A stretch of DNA of 57,948 nt, filler included, from an uncultured Actinomycetes bacterium (GCA_963824995.1; 4 parts of 4 records of this genome joined end to end with filler, not necessarily neighbours in it); one strand, 5' to 3'. Counted from the first letter of the whole stretch, positions 30,936 to 43,312 are shown. Numbers and translations are program-made. Notes: generated from the letters alone by a model not told the origin.

Positions 30936-31157
30936 TCAGCCGCGGGCGAGTAGCGAAAAACCTCCCCACAGCGCCATCAGCAGCCCGACGATCATGAGGA
31001 ACCAGACTCGGCCCTTGCGAATGTCCCCGGCGGCGGCATCGGGCCGAGCGCCGCGCCGAGCCTGAATCCAGGCGAAACCGTTTCCAGCTAGTAGGGCGAG
31101 CCCGAGGCCGAGCACCAGTTCGGCGAGCAGGATGTCGAGCCCCAGGAGGTCGGCCAC
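30936..31157 (-). CDS. Small two-TM membrane protein
   Basis: 73-aa ORF with two hydrophobic helices. Confidence 0.65.
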   Translation of the reverse strand: MADLLGLDILLAELVLGLGLALLAGNGFAWIQARRGARPDAAAGDIRKGRVWFLMIVGLLMALWGGFSLLARG

Positions 31158-31201
31158 CCCAATCAGGGTATCGTGAGCTCGAGGCGAGCCGGAGCGGCGG
31201 T

Positions 31202-31970
31202 ATGCGCGACTGCTACGTGGTTCGGGTCTTCACCAGGGGCGATGTCGGAGGCAACCTCCTCGGGGTGGTCCCCGACGTCGACGGGCTGGACACCGACAGC
31301 ATGCAAGGGATAGCGAGTGATCTCGGGTTCTCCGAGACGATCTTCCTCGATCGCACCGGCTCGATTCCCGCCACGAGGATCTTCACCCCCGCGGTCGAGC
31401 TTCCATTCGCCGGCCACCCTTTGGTTGGTGCGGCATGGGTGCTCGGCCAGATAGAAGATGACCCGCCCCGATCGCATCTCATGTCCGGCGTTGCTGGCAC
31501 GCCTCCGGATCGAAGACGGGACCGCCTCGATCGGTGTGCCTCTCGGCCAGCCGGTGGAAGAGATGGACCCACCCGAGGGGTTCCCCGCGCTCGCAGCGGC
31601 GGTCGTCCGGATGCCGCTTCCCTACCTCGTGCTCCAACTACCCAATGCAGAGGCTGTCACGTCGGCGGCGACTGCGGTCCCCGACGGGTACGGCCTGGTC
31701 TACATCTGGGCATGGGATGACGAGCCGACCTCGGTTCGGGCTCGATTCTTCGCCCCAGAGGCTGGTGTCATGGAGGATCCAGCCACGGGGAGCGCCGCCG
31801 TCGCCCTTGCCGCCCTGCTCCGGCACAAGGGGGCGGACCGGGGGCACCTCGTCGTCCGCCAGGGCGAGGAGATAGGGCACCCATCGGCGATCGAGCTCGA
31901 GTGGGCGGGCGAGGAGGCGACGATCGGCGGTTCGGTGGTACAGGACGAGGTTCGGGTCCTCGATACCTGA
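31202..31970 (+). CDS. PhzF-family isomerase, frameshift near 31480
   Basis: VFT...GGN, FSETIF, RIFTPAVELPFAGHP, EDPATGSAA. Confidence 0.9.
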
Positions 31971-32026
31971 AGCCGCACCCACCGCCGATAGGATCCGCCG
32001 GTGACGGCTCCCGTCGCCCAGCCGCG

Positions 32027-32893
32027 ATGAAGGCGGTCGCCACCGCCCCGGCATCTTCGGCCAACCTCGGGCCAGGGTTCGACGCGTCTGGCCTTGGCCC
32101 TCGATATTCGCTGCCGGGTCATCGCCCAGGTGGCCGATGAATGGTGCATCGAGCACACCGGCGACGAGAGGCCGCGGCCGGATTCGGACGACATGGTCCT
32201 CTCAGCCGCCCGACGAACCGTCGGCCCTGATCGATCGCTGGCGCTGGTGGTGGAGAACAACATCCCCATGGGACGGGGTCTGGGGTCGTCGGCAGCCGCC
32301 GCGGCCGCCGCCGCGGCTGCCTCCGCCGGCGCACTCGCCATACCGATGGAGGTCGATGCCCTCCTTCCGTTGGTGGCGTCGTTGGACGGGCACCCAGACA
32401 ACGCGGCCGCGGCAATCCACGGCGGCCTGGTGGCAGTAGGTCCCGGTGGCACCGTCGCCCGCCTCGAACTTGCATCCGTCGCTCCGACCAGTGCTCGCCG
32501 TACCCGACCACGGGTTGCCCACCTCGCAGGCCAGGGCTGCCCTTCCCGCCAGCGTCGAGAGGGAGGTGGCGGTCCGCAGCGTGGCCCGGATCGCGATGCT
32601 CGTCGAGGGCCTCCGTCTGGCCGATCGGACCCTCCTCGGGGAGGCTTCCGGGGACGAGTTGCACGAGCTTCCCCGACGCCATCTCCACCCCGAGGCGGAG
32701 GTCCTCATCGCGGCGGCGAAGCGCGGCTGGGGCGCTCCACGCCTGCTGGTCGGGCGCCGGCCCGGCGGTGCTGGCGCTGGTGGAGCAGGGCGAGACCGAG
32801 CAGGTTTCAGAGACGCTGGCCCGCATCCTCGGTCGGGCAGGTCGAGTGCTCACCCCGGCGGTGGCGACCAGCGGGGTCGAAGTGACCGATTGA
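32027..32893 (+). CDS. thrB: Homoserine kinase, several apparent frameshifts
   Basis: APASSANLGPGFD, IPMGRGLGSSAAA (GHMP), GHPDNAAAAIHGG, WSGAGP. Confidence 0.9.
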
Positions 32894-33037
32894 CCGGCTT
32901 GCCAACGCGGCCCGCAACGGCCATCCTTAGGCCGTCGCCGACGCCAGGGACCACTGGCGCGGCGTCATCCGGTGCGGATTGCGCCTTTTGTCGCTTTCCT
33001 CCCGCCTGTTTCCGTTGGTAGTCGTCTCGAGGTGATG

Positions 33038-33130
33038 ATGGGCTCGCTTATCAAGAAGCGGCGCAAGAAGATGTCGAAGCACAAGTACCGCAAGCGCCTG
33101 AAGGCCAACCGCCACAAGCGCCGCCGCTGA
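33038..33130 (+). CDS. Ribosomal protein bS22 (AURKAIP1/COX24 domain)
   Basis: MGSLIKKRRKKMSKHKYRKRLKANRHKRRR; below the ORF-track cutoff. Confidence 0.9.
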   Translation: MGSLIKKRRKKMSKHKYRKRLKANRHKRRR

Positions 33131-33131
33131 T

Positions 33132-33986
33132 TCAGCCCTGATCTTTCGGGTCCAAGGCGTCCTGTCCCCGCAGATGGCGGACGGCAGAGTCGGGGACGTA
33201 GACCCTCTCCCGTCTTCGTCATCCCGATCCGCCCGAAGTGCGGGCTCGGGTAGTGGGCCGGGGCGAGCACGATGTCCGAGCTGGTCAGCGCCTCGAACAG
33301 CTGACGCCGGGTCGCTTCCGCCTGCGCCGGTTTCACCTCGGCTTGCACGTGCCATTCGGGGTGTGACGCTTGGATCGGGTGATGCGTCACGTCGCCGGCG
33401 ATGAACATCGTCTCGTCGTCGGCGGTCACCTCCACCGATATGTGACCCGGGGTGTGCCCCGGGGTCTCGATGACGGCGATCCCGGGAAGAACCACCGACG
33501 GTCCGTCGATCACCTCCACCATGCCCGTGACAGCAGAGGTTCGACTTCGGCAGTCACCTCGGCCGTCCCTTTCCAGTAGGCCAATTCGGAGGCGTGTATG
33601 TACCAACGGGCATTCGGGAAGAAGGGGATTCCGTCGACGGTGTTCCCTCCGATGTGGTCGTTGTGGAGGTGAGTGTGGATCACCGCGATCACCTCGGTGG
33701 GGTCTATGCCGAGATGGAACAGTGCCTCGGGCATCCTGCCCCACGTGGCGGCGCCGAGGCTCGACAGCGGCTGTTGACCTTTGCCGGTGTCAACCAAGAC
33801 GTGCCCATCAGGTCCTGAGACGAGGTAGCAGCAGTAGCTGACCCGGATATGGTCGTCCATGAGCAGATCGGCATCCGCCCAGGTCTGACGGTCCGAACCG
33901 GGGAACATGGCAATAGGGTCGAGGAGCGCCCAGCCATCCTCGATGGCGAACACTCGGAATGGGCCGGTGTGAGCCTCCCACAGCAT
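33132..33986 (-). CDS. MBL-fold metallo-hydrolase, frameshifted; 3' end approximate
   Basis: VLVDTG, HTHLHNDHIG, TPGHTPGH, IAGDVTH, APAHY. Confidence 0.85.
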
Positions 33987-34025
33987 CGCCTCGGATGCTA
34001 CGACCCGGGTCCGAACAGGGATGGA

Positions 34026-34929
34026 TCAGCGCTCGAGGAGGCGCCCCACGAGCCGCTGACCCAGTTGGACCAGATCGCGAGCCAGGGCACCCGCCTTCCT
34101 CAACATCAGACCGGGGATGATCGCCGAAGCGCGCAGCCGTTCCTTGGAACCGATCGGTGCGCTCCAAACGGCCACCAGAAGTTTCCCGTAGTACTCCCAC
34201 CGAGGGAGGTACCAGAGTGCGCCCCTCGCCGGGTCGTACCACAGCCTCCGTTCCTGCTCGTCGTGGATTGCCCGCACCGAGGCACTCCGAGTGGTTGCGG
34301 TGGACGAATAGTGGGTCGTCGATCCAGACGAAGGGCCCTCGCAGCGCCATCTCGGCCAACTGAACCCGAGCGGAGGCAAAGAAGCTGCCGTGGATACTGG
34401 TCGTGGCCAGGACACGGGATCTCATCAGACCGAATATGGGGAGGTTGAGGCGCTCTTGGGTGATGACATTGGTGAATCTCTGCACGGGGTCGCCCGACCG
34501 GACGTCTGGGAGGTTCGGGATCTGGCCGACCACTGCGCCGTCGGCGTCGATCTGCTCGGCGGTGGTGTGCGCCAGCACCACCTCCGGGCTCATTTCCAGG
34601 GCTTCGAGGCACAGCTCGACGTACTTGGGGTGGAGCAGGTCGTCGTGCGCGGCCCACTTGAAGTACTTGCCGCGGGAGAGACGGAAGCACTGATGGAAGT
34701 TGGGTGCTGCGCCGATATCCGCCGGGTTGCGTACATAGCGCACCCGGCTGTCGTCGGCTTCCCAACCGAGGGCGATCTCCTCCGTGCGGTCGGTGGAAGC
34801 GTTGTCGGAGATGATCAACTCGAGATCCGTGTAGGTCTGGCCGAGGATCGACCGTATCGCCTCGTCGAGGTATGCCTCCCCATCCTTGACGGGCAACCCG
34901 ATGCTGACAGTTGGTTCCTGTTGGGTCAT
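34026..34929 (-). CDS. Glycosyltransferase family 2, frameshift near 34280
   Basis: VSIGLPV, LIISDNASTD, NIGA-like DIGAAPN, YFKWAAHDD. Confidence 0.9.
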
Positions 34930-35116
34930 CGCGTCCTTGTTACCCGGTTGACCGGGTTAGACAACATCGGCCCGGTGACTGGAGTCAGTTGAACGTGGCT
35001 CAGGTCGCTGACCCATCCCGGGCAGTTTTCCCTGATCCGGATCCGGTATCAGCGACACGTGACCTACGCTGGCGGACCCGTGTTCGGTTCGCCCCAAGTC
35101 CAGATCGGAGCCTCGC

Positions 35117-36101
35117 ATGCACCCGGTAGCGACCCTTGCTCCTGACGAACTGGAGCAGCACAGGGCCCCGCTGACCGGCTACAGCTATCGGATGCTCGGG
35201 TCGGTCACCGAGGCCGAGGACGCCGTGCAGGAGACCCTCTTGCGCGCCTGGCGGTCGTGGGACGGGTTCGAAGGGCGTGCATCGCGACGCACCTGGCTGT
35301 ATCGGATCGCCACCAACGTCTGCCTCGACATGCTCAAGGCGCGCCAGCGCAGGGCACGCCCCATGGAGATGGGCCCTTCCTGGTCGTTCGACGGGCCGGT
35401 CGGCGAGCCGGGATCGGGCGAGCGCTGGATCGAGCCGATACCCGACACGATGGTCGATCTCGATGACCCGGCCGAGGTGGCGGTGACCCGGGAAACCATA
35501 CGACTCGCCTTCGTGGCGGCGCTGCAGCATCTCCCGCCCAAGGCAGAGAGTCATCCTCATCCTTCGCGAGGTCCTCGGCTGGAGCGCGGCGGAGGTCGCC
35601 GAACTGCTCGACACGACGGTCGTCTCGGTCAACAGTGCCCTGCAACGGGCGAGGGCGACGCTGGCCGAGGCAGAGCCCGCCGACACCGACCCCGTATCGC
35701 CTTTGGACCCGGCCCAACGGGACCTGCTCGACCGATACATGGAGCGCCTTCGAGCGCTACGACCTCGACTCGTTCGTGGCGCTGCTCCACGAGGACGTCA
35801 CCCAAACGATGCCGCCATACGAGATGTGGCTCCGGGGGCCCGGACCAGGTACGCGACTGGATGGCCGGTCCGGGGATCGCGTGCAAGGGCTCACGCCTCA
35901 TCCCGACGGTCGCCAACGGGTCCCCCGCCTTCGGCCAGTACCGGGTCGGCTCCAGACGGAAGCCGTCATCCCTGGGCGCTGCACGTGCTCGAGATCTCCG
36001 GCGGCGTCGTGGTCGGTCTCAATTTCTTCCTCGACACCGACACGATCTTCCCGCTCTTCGGGTTACCGCCCCGGCTCGACGGGACCGACGCCTCCTCCTA
36101 G
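35117..36101 (+). CDS. ECF sigma factor with C-terminal SnoaL-like domain (SigG-like), frameshifted
   Basis: [60 protein letters not shown]. Confidence 0.9.
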
Positions 36102-36951
36102 CCGCTTTCCTCCTTCGGAGGAAGTGCTCGATCTCGGTGACCAGTTCGGCGCCTGCGTCGGGTTGCATCTCGGGTTGATCTCCTGCTTGCTCGAGACGGC
36201 GCACGTAGCCGGCAAGCTCTGATGAGCGCAGCACAGCCTCGTCCACCTTCGTCTGGAACTCCGCCGCCTCGACCGCCAAAGCCGTCGTTTCCACCGCGAT
36301 CCCGAGAACGGCGGCGGCGCGCTGCAGGAGGGCGAGCATTGCACGGGGGTTCGGGTTGGCCGCCAGGTAGTGGGGCACGGCGGCCCAGAGGCTGGCCGAG
36401 TCGAGATCAGCCCGGACGAAGGCGTCGTTGAGCACGCCGACGATCCCGGTAGGGCCCTCGTAGTTGGACGACCATCAGCCCGTGACGCTCCAATTGTGCT
36501 CGGTCCTCCATCACGCCGACCACGGGAACGGGGACGGTGTGCGCCACCTGCCCGATGAAGGCGCCAAGCGTCACCACCTGGCTGACACCGAGAGACTCGA
36601 ACAACTCGATCACCGTGGCGGCGAACCGTCGCCAAGCGAGGTGTGGCTCCTCGCCGAGCACGACGACGAGGTCGCGCCGCTGTCCCTCGAGTTCGATCCC
36701 GTAGGCAGCCGTGTCGGGCCAGGTCACATGGCGGGTCCCGCCTTCGACCATCGAGACGATGGGTCGGCGCTGGGTGAAGTCCAGGTACTCGTCGCAGCTG
36801 ATCTCGGCGAGCAGACGCACCGTCGTCGTAGCCCCGCATCAGGTATTCGACGGCACCGGTGGCGGCGGTGGCAGCATCTCCCCACCCGGAGAACGCCACC
36901 AGCGCGCCAGGGTTGCGGAGCTTCGGCAGGGTCGTGCCAACCGATCGACAT
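36098..36951 (-). CDS. PAC2-family (proteasome assembly chaperone-like) protein, frameshifted; ends approximate
   Basis: [55 protein letters not shown]. Confidence 0.85.
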
Positions 36952-36977
36952 CGGCTCAGGCTAGGCCGGTCCCGTGG

Positions 36978-37583
36978 TCAGGCCCCCTGCTCGCCCTCGC
37001 TGCTGTCGACGGCGCGATCGAAGGCAGCGACGGCATCGTTGAAGGCCTCGACCGCCTCGCGCCTGAGCGTGCCGTCATCGGGCGCCTGGTATCCCTCGAG
37101 CACCTCGGCGGCAGCCACGGCGACGGCGTCTGCCGCTTCGACGACCTCACCGTGGGTGTCGACGGCGTCGTCGGGCGGTGTGATCTCGGACACCGAAGCC
37201 GCCCAGTCGGCCGCCTCGTCCGCGCCGTGGTGAAAGCATCGCTCGGCGACACGCCGTCGTCTTCCCAATCGGTGTTCGCCTGGTTGAGGTCGCCGGCTAT
37301 CTCGTCGAGATCGGTCTGAGCGGCTCGCAGTTCTTCGATGTAGGCCGAGTTGTTCGTGCCGCTGGGGATGGTCGTGCTCTCTGTCGCCCTGCCCTCCTTG
37401 GTTGCCGCCCTGGGCGGTGGTGGTGGTCCTCCCCGCGCCGACCGTGGTGTCGGCTCCGTTGGCCGGGTCGTCACCCGCCGAACCCTCGAGCGAGTTCACG
37501 AAGAGATAGGTGAATCCGATCATGCCCACGATGACGAGGGGCAGGATCCAGCGCCCGGGCTTCGGGTCCGGATTGGAGGTCAT
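36978..37583 (-). CDS. Membrane-anchored acidic helical protein, compensating frameshifts
   Basis: N-terminal TM (WILPLVIVGMIGFTYLFV), Thr linker, Ala/Glu-rich helices. Confidence 0.6.
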   Translation of the reverse strand: MTSNPDPKPGRWILPLVIVGMIGFTYLFVNSLEGSAGDDPANGADTTVGAGRTTTTAQGGNQGGQGDREHDHPQRHEQLGLHRRTASRSDRSRRDSRRPQPGEHRLGRRRRVAERCFHHGADEAADWAASVSEITPPDDAVDTHGEVVEAADAVAVAAAEVLEGYQAPDDGTLRREAVEAFNDAVAAFDRAVDSSEGEQGA

Positions 37584-37725
37584 GGCTCAATGACGTTAGC
37601 GCCGGGTTGTCGGTTCCTTGGTTGCTGGAGCGACCATCCGTGGCGCCACCCGAACCCCTTGAATCTGGACTCCGGTCGGCGTACCTTCGCCTGGCTTCCC
37701 ACCACTCGACGTGATGGAGGTCCCG

Positions 37726-38666
37726 ATGGACCAGCCACCGGCGTGGGGAGCGAGTCCCAACAGGCCGGTCGAGGAGTTGGAGCAGGTCCCGTGGACGGTG
37801 CTTGTCGCAACCGACCGACACCGCCGTGGCGCCGCTGGGCGTGGCTGATCGCCGGCGCACTGGTGACAGCGACGCTCGCCGCGGTGGCGGCTCGTGCCAT
37901 TTGGCGTCCCCAAGCCCGAGTCGCTCGAGGTGGTGGTCGCCCCAGACGAGTCACCCGCTGCCACGGACCAGGTCCGGTCGTCGCCTCATCGCACCACCGC
38001 CGACCGACTCCGAGTCGGCGCCATCCGCGGGCACCGCCGAAGACCGACCCACAGGTTTGGGCCGAGGCGGACCTGCGCGCTGCCCGAGCGCCGAGGACAA
38101 CTGACGGCGGTGGCAAGCGCCGAGTGGTTGGTGACGGAGATGTTCACCGACGACGGAGCGCCTGGCGCCGGCGCTGAGGTACGCCGTCTTCTGCCCCGTG
38201 GGCTCGCCATGCCCTCGTTTGCCCCACGACAAGCCCGGCCCGTCGTCGTATGTCGAGTGGGCGCGGGCAACCACGGTGGAGCCGGTGGGTGATGCGGTGC
38301 GAGTCGAGGTTGTCCTGCGCCGCTGGTGAGCACCGGTAAGACCGAGTGGCGGCGGCTACCCGTGGAAGCGGTGTCGGTGATGGTCGACGCAAGGGGCAGG
38401 ATCCTCGACCTGCCCTCGCCGGTGCCGCTCCGATCGGCGCGGGCAACGGCCACGAGAGATGGTCGAAGCCGCTCCTCCGCGGAAAACTGCGAGGTGCGGC
38501 GCTGGATGCCGTCGCCGCCTGGGGGTCACGGCCCCGATTGCTCGGCGCCTGGCAGAAGGGAAGTATCTGGAGGCTGGCAGTCGAGGTGGAGGATGACGCC
38601 GGTGGGGTTTGGCCGATGGTGTTTTGGCTCGACGAGGAGGGAAACCCGGTGTCGCCCCCGGGGTGA
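37726..38666 (+). CDS. Hypothetical membrane-anchored protein, multiple frameshifts
   Basis: Coding-like pieces in alternating frames (EQVPW, TM WLIAGALV, AEWLVTEMFT, YVEWARA, GVWPMVFWL). Confidence 0.45.
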
Positions 38667-38669
38667 GGG

Positions 38670-38928
38670 TCAGCCTTCGAAGTGGTTCTCTAGGATCTCC
38701 ACCGCCTGCGGGGCGATGTCCCCCCAATCGGCATCGTTGTCCTTGGTGAGGGTGACAAAGTCTGCGGTCATGAACATGCTCACGATGCCGGGTATGCCGA
38801 GAAGTGCTCCGGCCAACGGGATCATCGGTGCTCGCCCCGGCGGTGAAGGTGGTCGGCCCACCCACCGGGACCCCGACGGTGAACTTGAGCGCATTGGGGT
38901 TGGGAGAGGGCTCGGGAACGATCGCCAT
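38670..38928 (-). CDS. NifU N-terminal (Nfu_N) domain protein, frameshift near 38815
   Basis: EPSPNPNALKF...IPGIVSMFMTADFVTLTK...W. Confidence 0.85.
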
Positions 38929-38955
38929 GGGCTCGCTCGACGATCGTAGCCCGAC

Positions 38956-40881
38956 GTGATCCTCGGAGTAGATGTAGGGGGGACCTTCACCGACTTTGCC
39001 GGGTGGGACGGGGAACGGCTCCACACCGCCAAGGTGACGACCACGCCCGACCAGAGCGATGGGGTGATCGAGGGCTCTTCGCGGTTGGGTGGGGAGAGCG
39101 CCGAGTTGCTCCACGGTACGACGGTGGCCACAAACGCCCTGTTGGAGAAGAAGGGAGCGGTGACCGCGCTGATCACCGATCCCGGGTTTGCCGACGTGAT
39201 CGAGATCGGGCGCCAGGACCGTCCCGCGCTCTACGACCCGTTCATCGACCGGCCCGAGCCGCTGATTCCACGTCGACTGCGGATGGCGGCACCCGAGGCA
39301 GGAGACACACCAGCCATCGAGGCGCTCATCGAACGGATTGCCGCCGAGGGCGTCGGGGCGGTTGCGGTGAGCCTGCTCCACTCGTACCGGGATCACTCGC
39401 GTGAGATTGAACTGGGAGCAGCGCTGACTGATCGCGGGTTCCATGCCTTTTCGCTGAGCAGCCGAGTGGCTCCGGAGTTCCGCGAGTACGAGCGGACCTC
39501 GACGACTGTGCTCAATGCCTATCTCCTCCCCGTCGTCTCCGCATACCTGGAGCGTCTAACCACAGCCTTCACCGGGGAGACGTCGGTGATGCGGAGCTCG
39601 GGTGGACTGGTCTCCGCCGCCGAAGCCGCCCGTCTGCCCGCTTCGATATTGCTCTCGGGTCCAGCCGGGGGGGTGATGGCCGCATCCGCCCTCGGCGAGG
39701 CATCGGGACTACCACGCATTGATCGCTTTCGACATGGGTGGCACGTCGTCGGATGTCTGTCGTGTCGAGGCGGGCAGGCCGGCAGTCGCATACGAGCGAA
39801 ACGTGGCGGGTTACCCCTGTCGCTTCCCGGCAGTGGCGGTCCACACCGTCGGTGCGGGGGGCGGCAGCATCGGTTGGGTGGACCCGGGCGGGTCTCTACG
39901 AGTGGGACCACACAGCGCCGGCGCACGCCCCGGGCCTGCGGCCTACGGACGAGGCGGCCAACAGCCGACGGTCACCGACGCCAACCTCGTCCTGGGACGC
40001 CTCGCCGCCGGTGGAAAGCTCGCTGGCGATGTCCGGCTGGATTCCTATCTGGCTGAAGCCGCCCTCTCACGGCTTGGCGACGAGCTCGGGATGAGCGCCG
40101 TCCAGGTCGCCCTCGGGATGGTCACGGTGGTCGAGGCCGAGATGGAGCGCGCCGTCCGCGCCGTGACCGTGGCCGAGGGTGCCGACCCACGTGTGGCGGT
40201 TCTTGCCGCGTACGGAGGGGCCGGGGGGCTCCACGGCAGCGCACTGGCACGCCGGCTGGAGATGCCGCGGATGCTGATCCCACCGCACGCAGGTGTCTTC
40301 TCCGCTCTGGGTCTACTCCTCAGCCCGCCGCGTGGCGATGCCGCCCGGAGTGTCCTATTGGTGCCGGCCGACGGCGACCGGCTCGACTCGGCGGTCGAGG
40401 AGGTAGCGCAGGCGGTACGACGGCCCGGTCGGGTGGTACGGACACTGGTCGATGCCCGGTATGTCGGTCAGTCGCACGAGACCACGGTGGAGTGGGCCTC
40501 GGGCGACGGGTGGGACCACCTCGTCGAGAGCCTTTCACAACGAGCATCGGGTGCGCAACGGGTTCGCCCGCGTCGGCGATCCGGTCGAGGTGGTCACGGT
40601 CAGGGCCGAGGCGGTGGGGCAACCAGCGGCGCGATGGGACGACCTGCCCCCGTTGCGCCCTTCCGGCGAGCCGGCCCGAGGGGAGCGAGCCGTCGTCACC
40701 GCCACCGGTGATGCGACCTCGACCGTTGTCGACGCCACCGTGTGGTGGCGCCCCGCGCTCCCCACCGGCGCCGAGGTGATCGGGCCGGCAGTGATCGAGG
40801 GCGAAGAGTCGACTACCTGGCTCGGTCCGGGGGAGCGGGCCCAGTGTCCACCCCGACGGGGCAATCGAGGTGGAATGGTGA
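38956..40881 (+). CDS. Hydantoinase A / 5-oxoprolinase subunit A, frameshifted
   Basis: GVDVGGTFTD, HGTTVATNALLE, EFREYER, LSGPAGG, DMGGTS, VGAGGGS, TVTDAN. Confidence 0.93.
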
Positions 40882-42438
40882 CGCTCTCTCCCTTTGCACT
40901 CGAGGTGGCGCGCAACCAGCTATCGGCCGTCGCCGACGAGATGGGGCTCGTGCTGCGGAGGACGGCTGCGTCGCCCAACATCAAGGAGCGGGCCGACTGC
41001 TCGGCTGCGGTGTTCGACGCCGCGGGCGAAATGCTCGCCCAGGCCGAGCACATCCCGGTCCACCTCGGGTCGATGCCCGCATCGGTGGAGGCTGTGATCC
41101 GTCGGTTTGGCGACGAGGTCGAACCCGGGGTCCAGTACGCAGTGAATGACCCTTATGAGGGCGGCACCCACCTCAACGACCTCACCCTGGTACGGCCGGT
41201 GCATCTCGCCGACGCATTGGTGGGCTGGGTGGCAAATCGAGCCCACCATGCCGATGTCGGCGGCGAGGCACCCGGTTCGATGCCGGCGCACGCCGTCACC
41301 GTCGAACAGGAGGGATGCCGTGTGGCGCCGATGGCTGCGGTCCGCTCCGGAGATTGGCTCGACGACTTTCGGGAACCTTTCCTCTCCGCGACGCGGACCC
41401 CGGCGGAACGGCTGGGCGACCTCTCCGCCCAGCTTGGGGCGAACGAGGTGGGCGCAGAACGACTACTGCGGCTTGCTGGACCCGACGGGGCCGGGTTCGC
41501 CGGCATGGCTGCCGAGGTCCTCGACTACGGAGAGAGGAGGATGCGCGCCGCACTCGGCGATCTTGCCTGCGGGTGAGTACCGCTTCGAGGATCACATGGA
41601 GTGGCACGACCAACTGATTCCCATCCGTGTGGTGGTGCGGCTCGGTGGTGGAGAACTCGAGGCGGATTTCAACGGCACAGCCCCCCAGGTCGAAGGAAAC
41701 ATCAACGCCGTTGCCGCGGTGACGGGATCGTGTCTGCTCTACGCGGTGCGTGTGGCCACGGATCCCACGATTCCTGCCAACGGCGGCTGTGCCCGACCGC
41801 TCCGTCTGCTGGCCCCGCCGGGGAGTCTGGTCGGCGCGCTGCCCCCGGCGGCGGTGGCGGCGGGCAACGTGGAGACCAGCCAGAGAATCGCCGACGTGCT
41901 GCTCGGGGCGCTTGCTCAGGCCGCCCCCGATCGCGTCCCGGCAGCGTCGCAGGGGACGATGAACAACATCCTCGTCGGCTCGGACAGCTTCGCTTACTAC
42001 GAGACTTTGGCGGGGGGGCAGGGCGGCCGACCGGGCAGAGCCGGCCAGTCGGCCATCCACACCGGGATGACCAACACCAAGAACACGCCGATCGAGTCTC
42101 TCGAAGGGCACTACCCCATCCGGGTGACCAGGTACGAACTGCGACAAGGGAGCGGAGGCGAAGGCCGTTTCCCGGGTGGCGAAGGCCTGATCCGCCGGAT
42201 CGAGTTCCTCGAACCGGCCGTGGTCTCACTTATGGGTGAACGGCGGGTGATCCCCCCCTGGGGGCTGCAAGGAGGAGGCACCGGCGCCTGCGGCGCCGAC
42301 TGGCTGATCCATCCAGGTTCCGCCCCCGAGCGACTCCCCGGCAAAGTCACGCTCGAGGTGAGTCCCGGCGATTCTCTGGTGGTCGAGACCCCCGGTGGCG
42401 GGGGATGGGGAGCACCCCCACTTAGTTCGGACGCGTGA
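40875..42438 (+). CDS. Hydantoinase B / 5-oxoprolinase subunit B, frameshift near 41570
   Basis: SPNIKERADCS, HIPVHLGSM, NDPYEGGTHLND, AHHADVGG, MTNTKNTPIE, ETPGGGGWG. Confidence 0.93.
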
Positions 42439-42469
42439 CCTAGCGCACCGTCGGGAGTTCGGCAGCGGG

Positions 42470-42557
42470 TCCCTACCCCCGGAGCGGGGGGACGGAGAAT
42501 CTTCTCGCTCCCCCGGCGGGGGGAGTACCCGACGCCGCCGGCGTCGGGGGAGGGGGG
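42470..42557. repeat. REP-like GC-rich palindromic element
   Basis: CTCCCCC-ggcg-GGGGGAG then CCCGACGCC-gcc-GGCGTCGGG; reverse-strand TCCGTCCCCCCGC at 42484-42496. Confidence 0.7.
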
Positions 42558-42670
42558 CTGGCTCACTCCCAAAGGTGTGAAAGCCGCTTCTCAGCGGACT
42601 CTGCTCCACGCCGGGGAGCCCGCAGCCGGGCTGCGGGCTCCTTTGGCTCTCACTGTTACCGACGCTCAGC

Positions 42671-43153
42671 TCATGGCGCCGGCACCGCTGCTGACCGGAT
42701 CAGATGCCGACGGACCAGATGGTCCCGAAGCTCGCCGTCCGGCATCTGCTGGAGCCGCTCCAGCTCGGTCGGCACCGCTGCCGACGGGATCAGGCCCCGA
42801 TCGACCAGATGCTCCCGAAGCTCGTCATCCGACATCTGCTGGTACCGCTCCAGCTCGGTCAGCACCGCCGCCGACGGGATGAGACTGCGCTGGATCAGAT
42901 GATCCCGAAGCTCGTCGTTCGCTATCTGCTGGAACCGCTCCAGCTCGGTCGCCGGTGCCGCCGTCCCCGCCTCGCGTGCCTGGACATTCGAGAATGTGAT
43001 CCCCGCCGGCTCCGTGGTGGAACCGGTCCAGATGACGGTGGCCACCCCGATGAGGACGGCAACCGCCAGCCCCACCGCCGTCCAGCCGATCCATCTCGGG
43101 CGCCGGCCTGGGGCCTCCTGCTCAACGGTCTCGGGCCTTGTTGTAACGGCCAT
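42671..43153 (-). CDS. Membrane-anchored protein with three 30-aa tandem repeats
   Basis: GAGGAGG RBS, single TM, 3 x TELERxQQxxxxELRxHLxxRxLIxSAAV (90-bp repeats at 42681-42950). Confidence 0.8.
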   Translation of the reverse strand: MAVTTRPETVEQEAPGRRPRWIGWTAVGLAVAVLIGVATVIWTGSTTEPAGITFSNVQAREAGTAAPATELERFQQIANDELRDHLIQRSLIPSAAVLTELERYQQMSDDELREHLVDRGLIPSAAVPTELERLQQMPDGELRDHLVRRHLIRSAAVPAP

Positions 43154-43312
43154 CTCGAACCTCCTCGTCTCGGGGCCGTCGTTACGGTGCCAAAGTGCCG
43201 GGACCGGCTTTGCTCGGTCATTCCCTGCCTTTAGCGCGGCTTAAGTCCGTCGTGGCCTCCTTTAGAGCTAGATCGAACGGCCGTCCTAGGCTTTGTTCAG
43301 CGGGGAAGGTGA

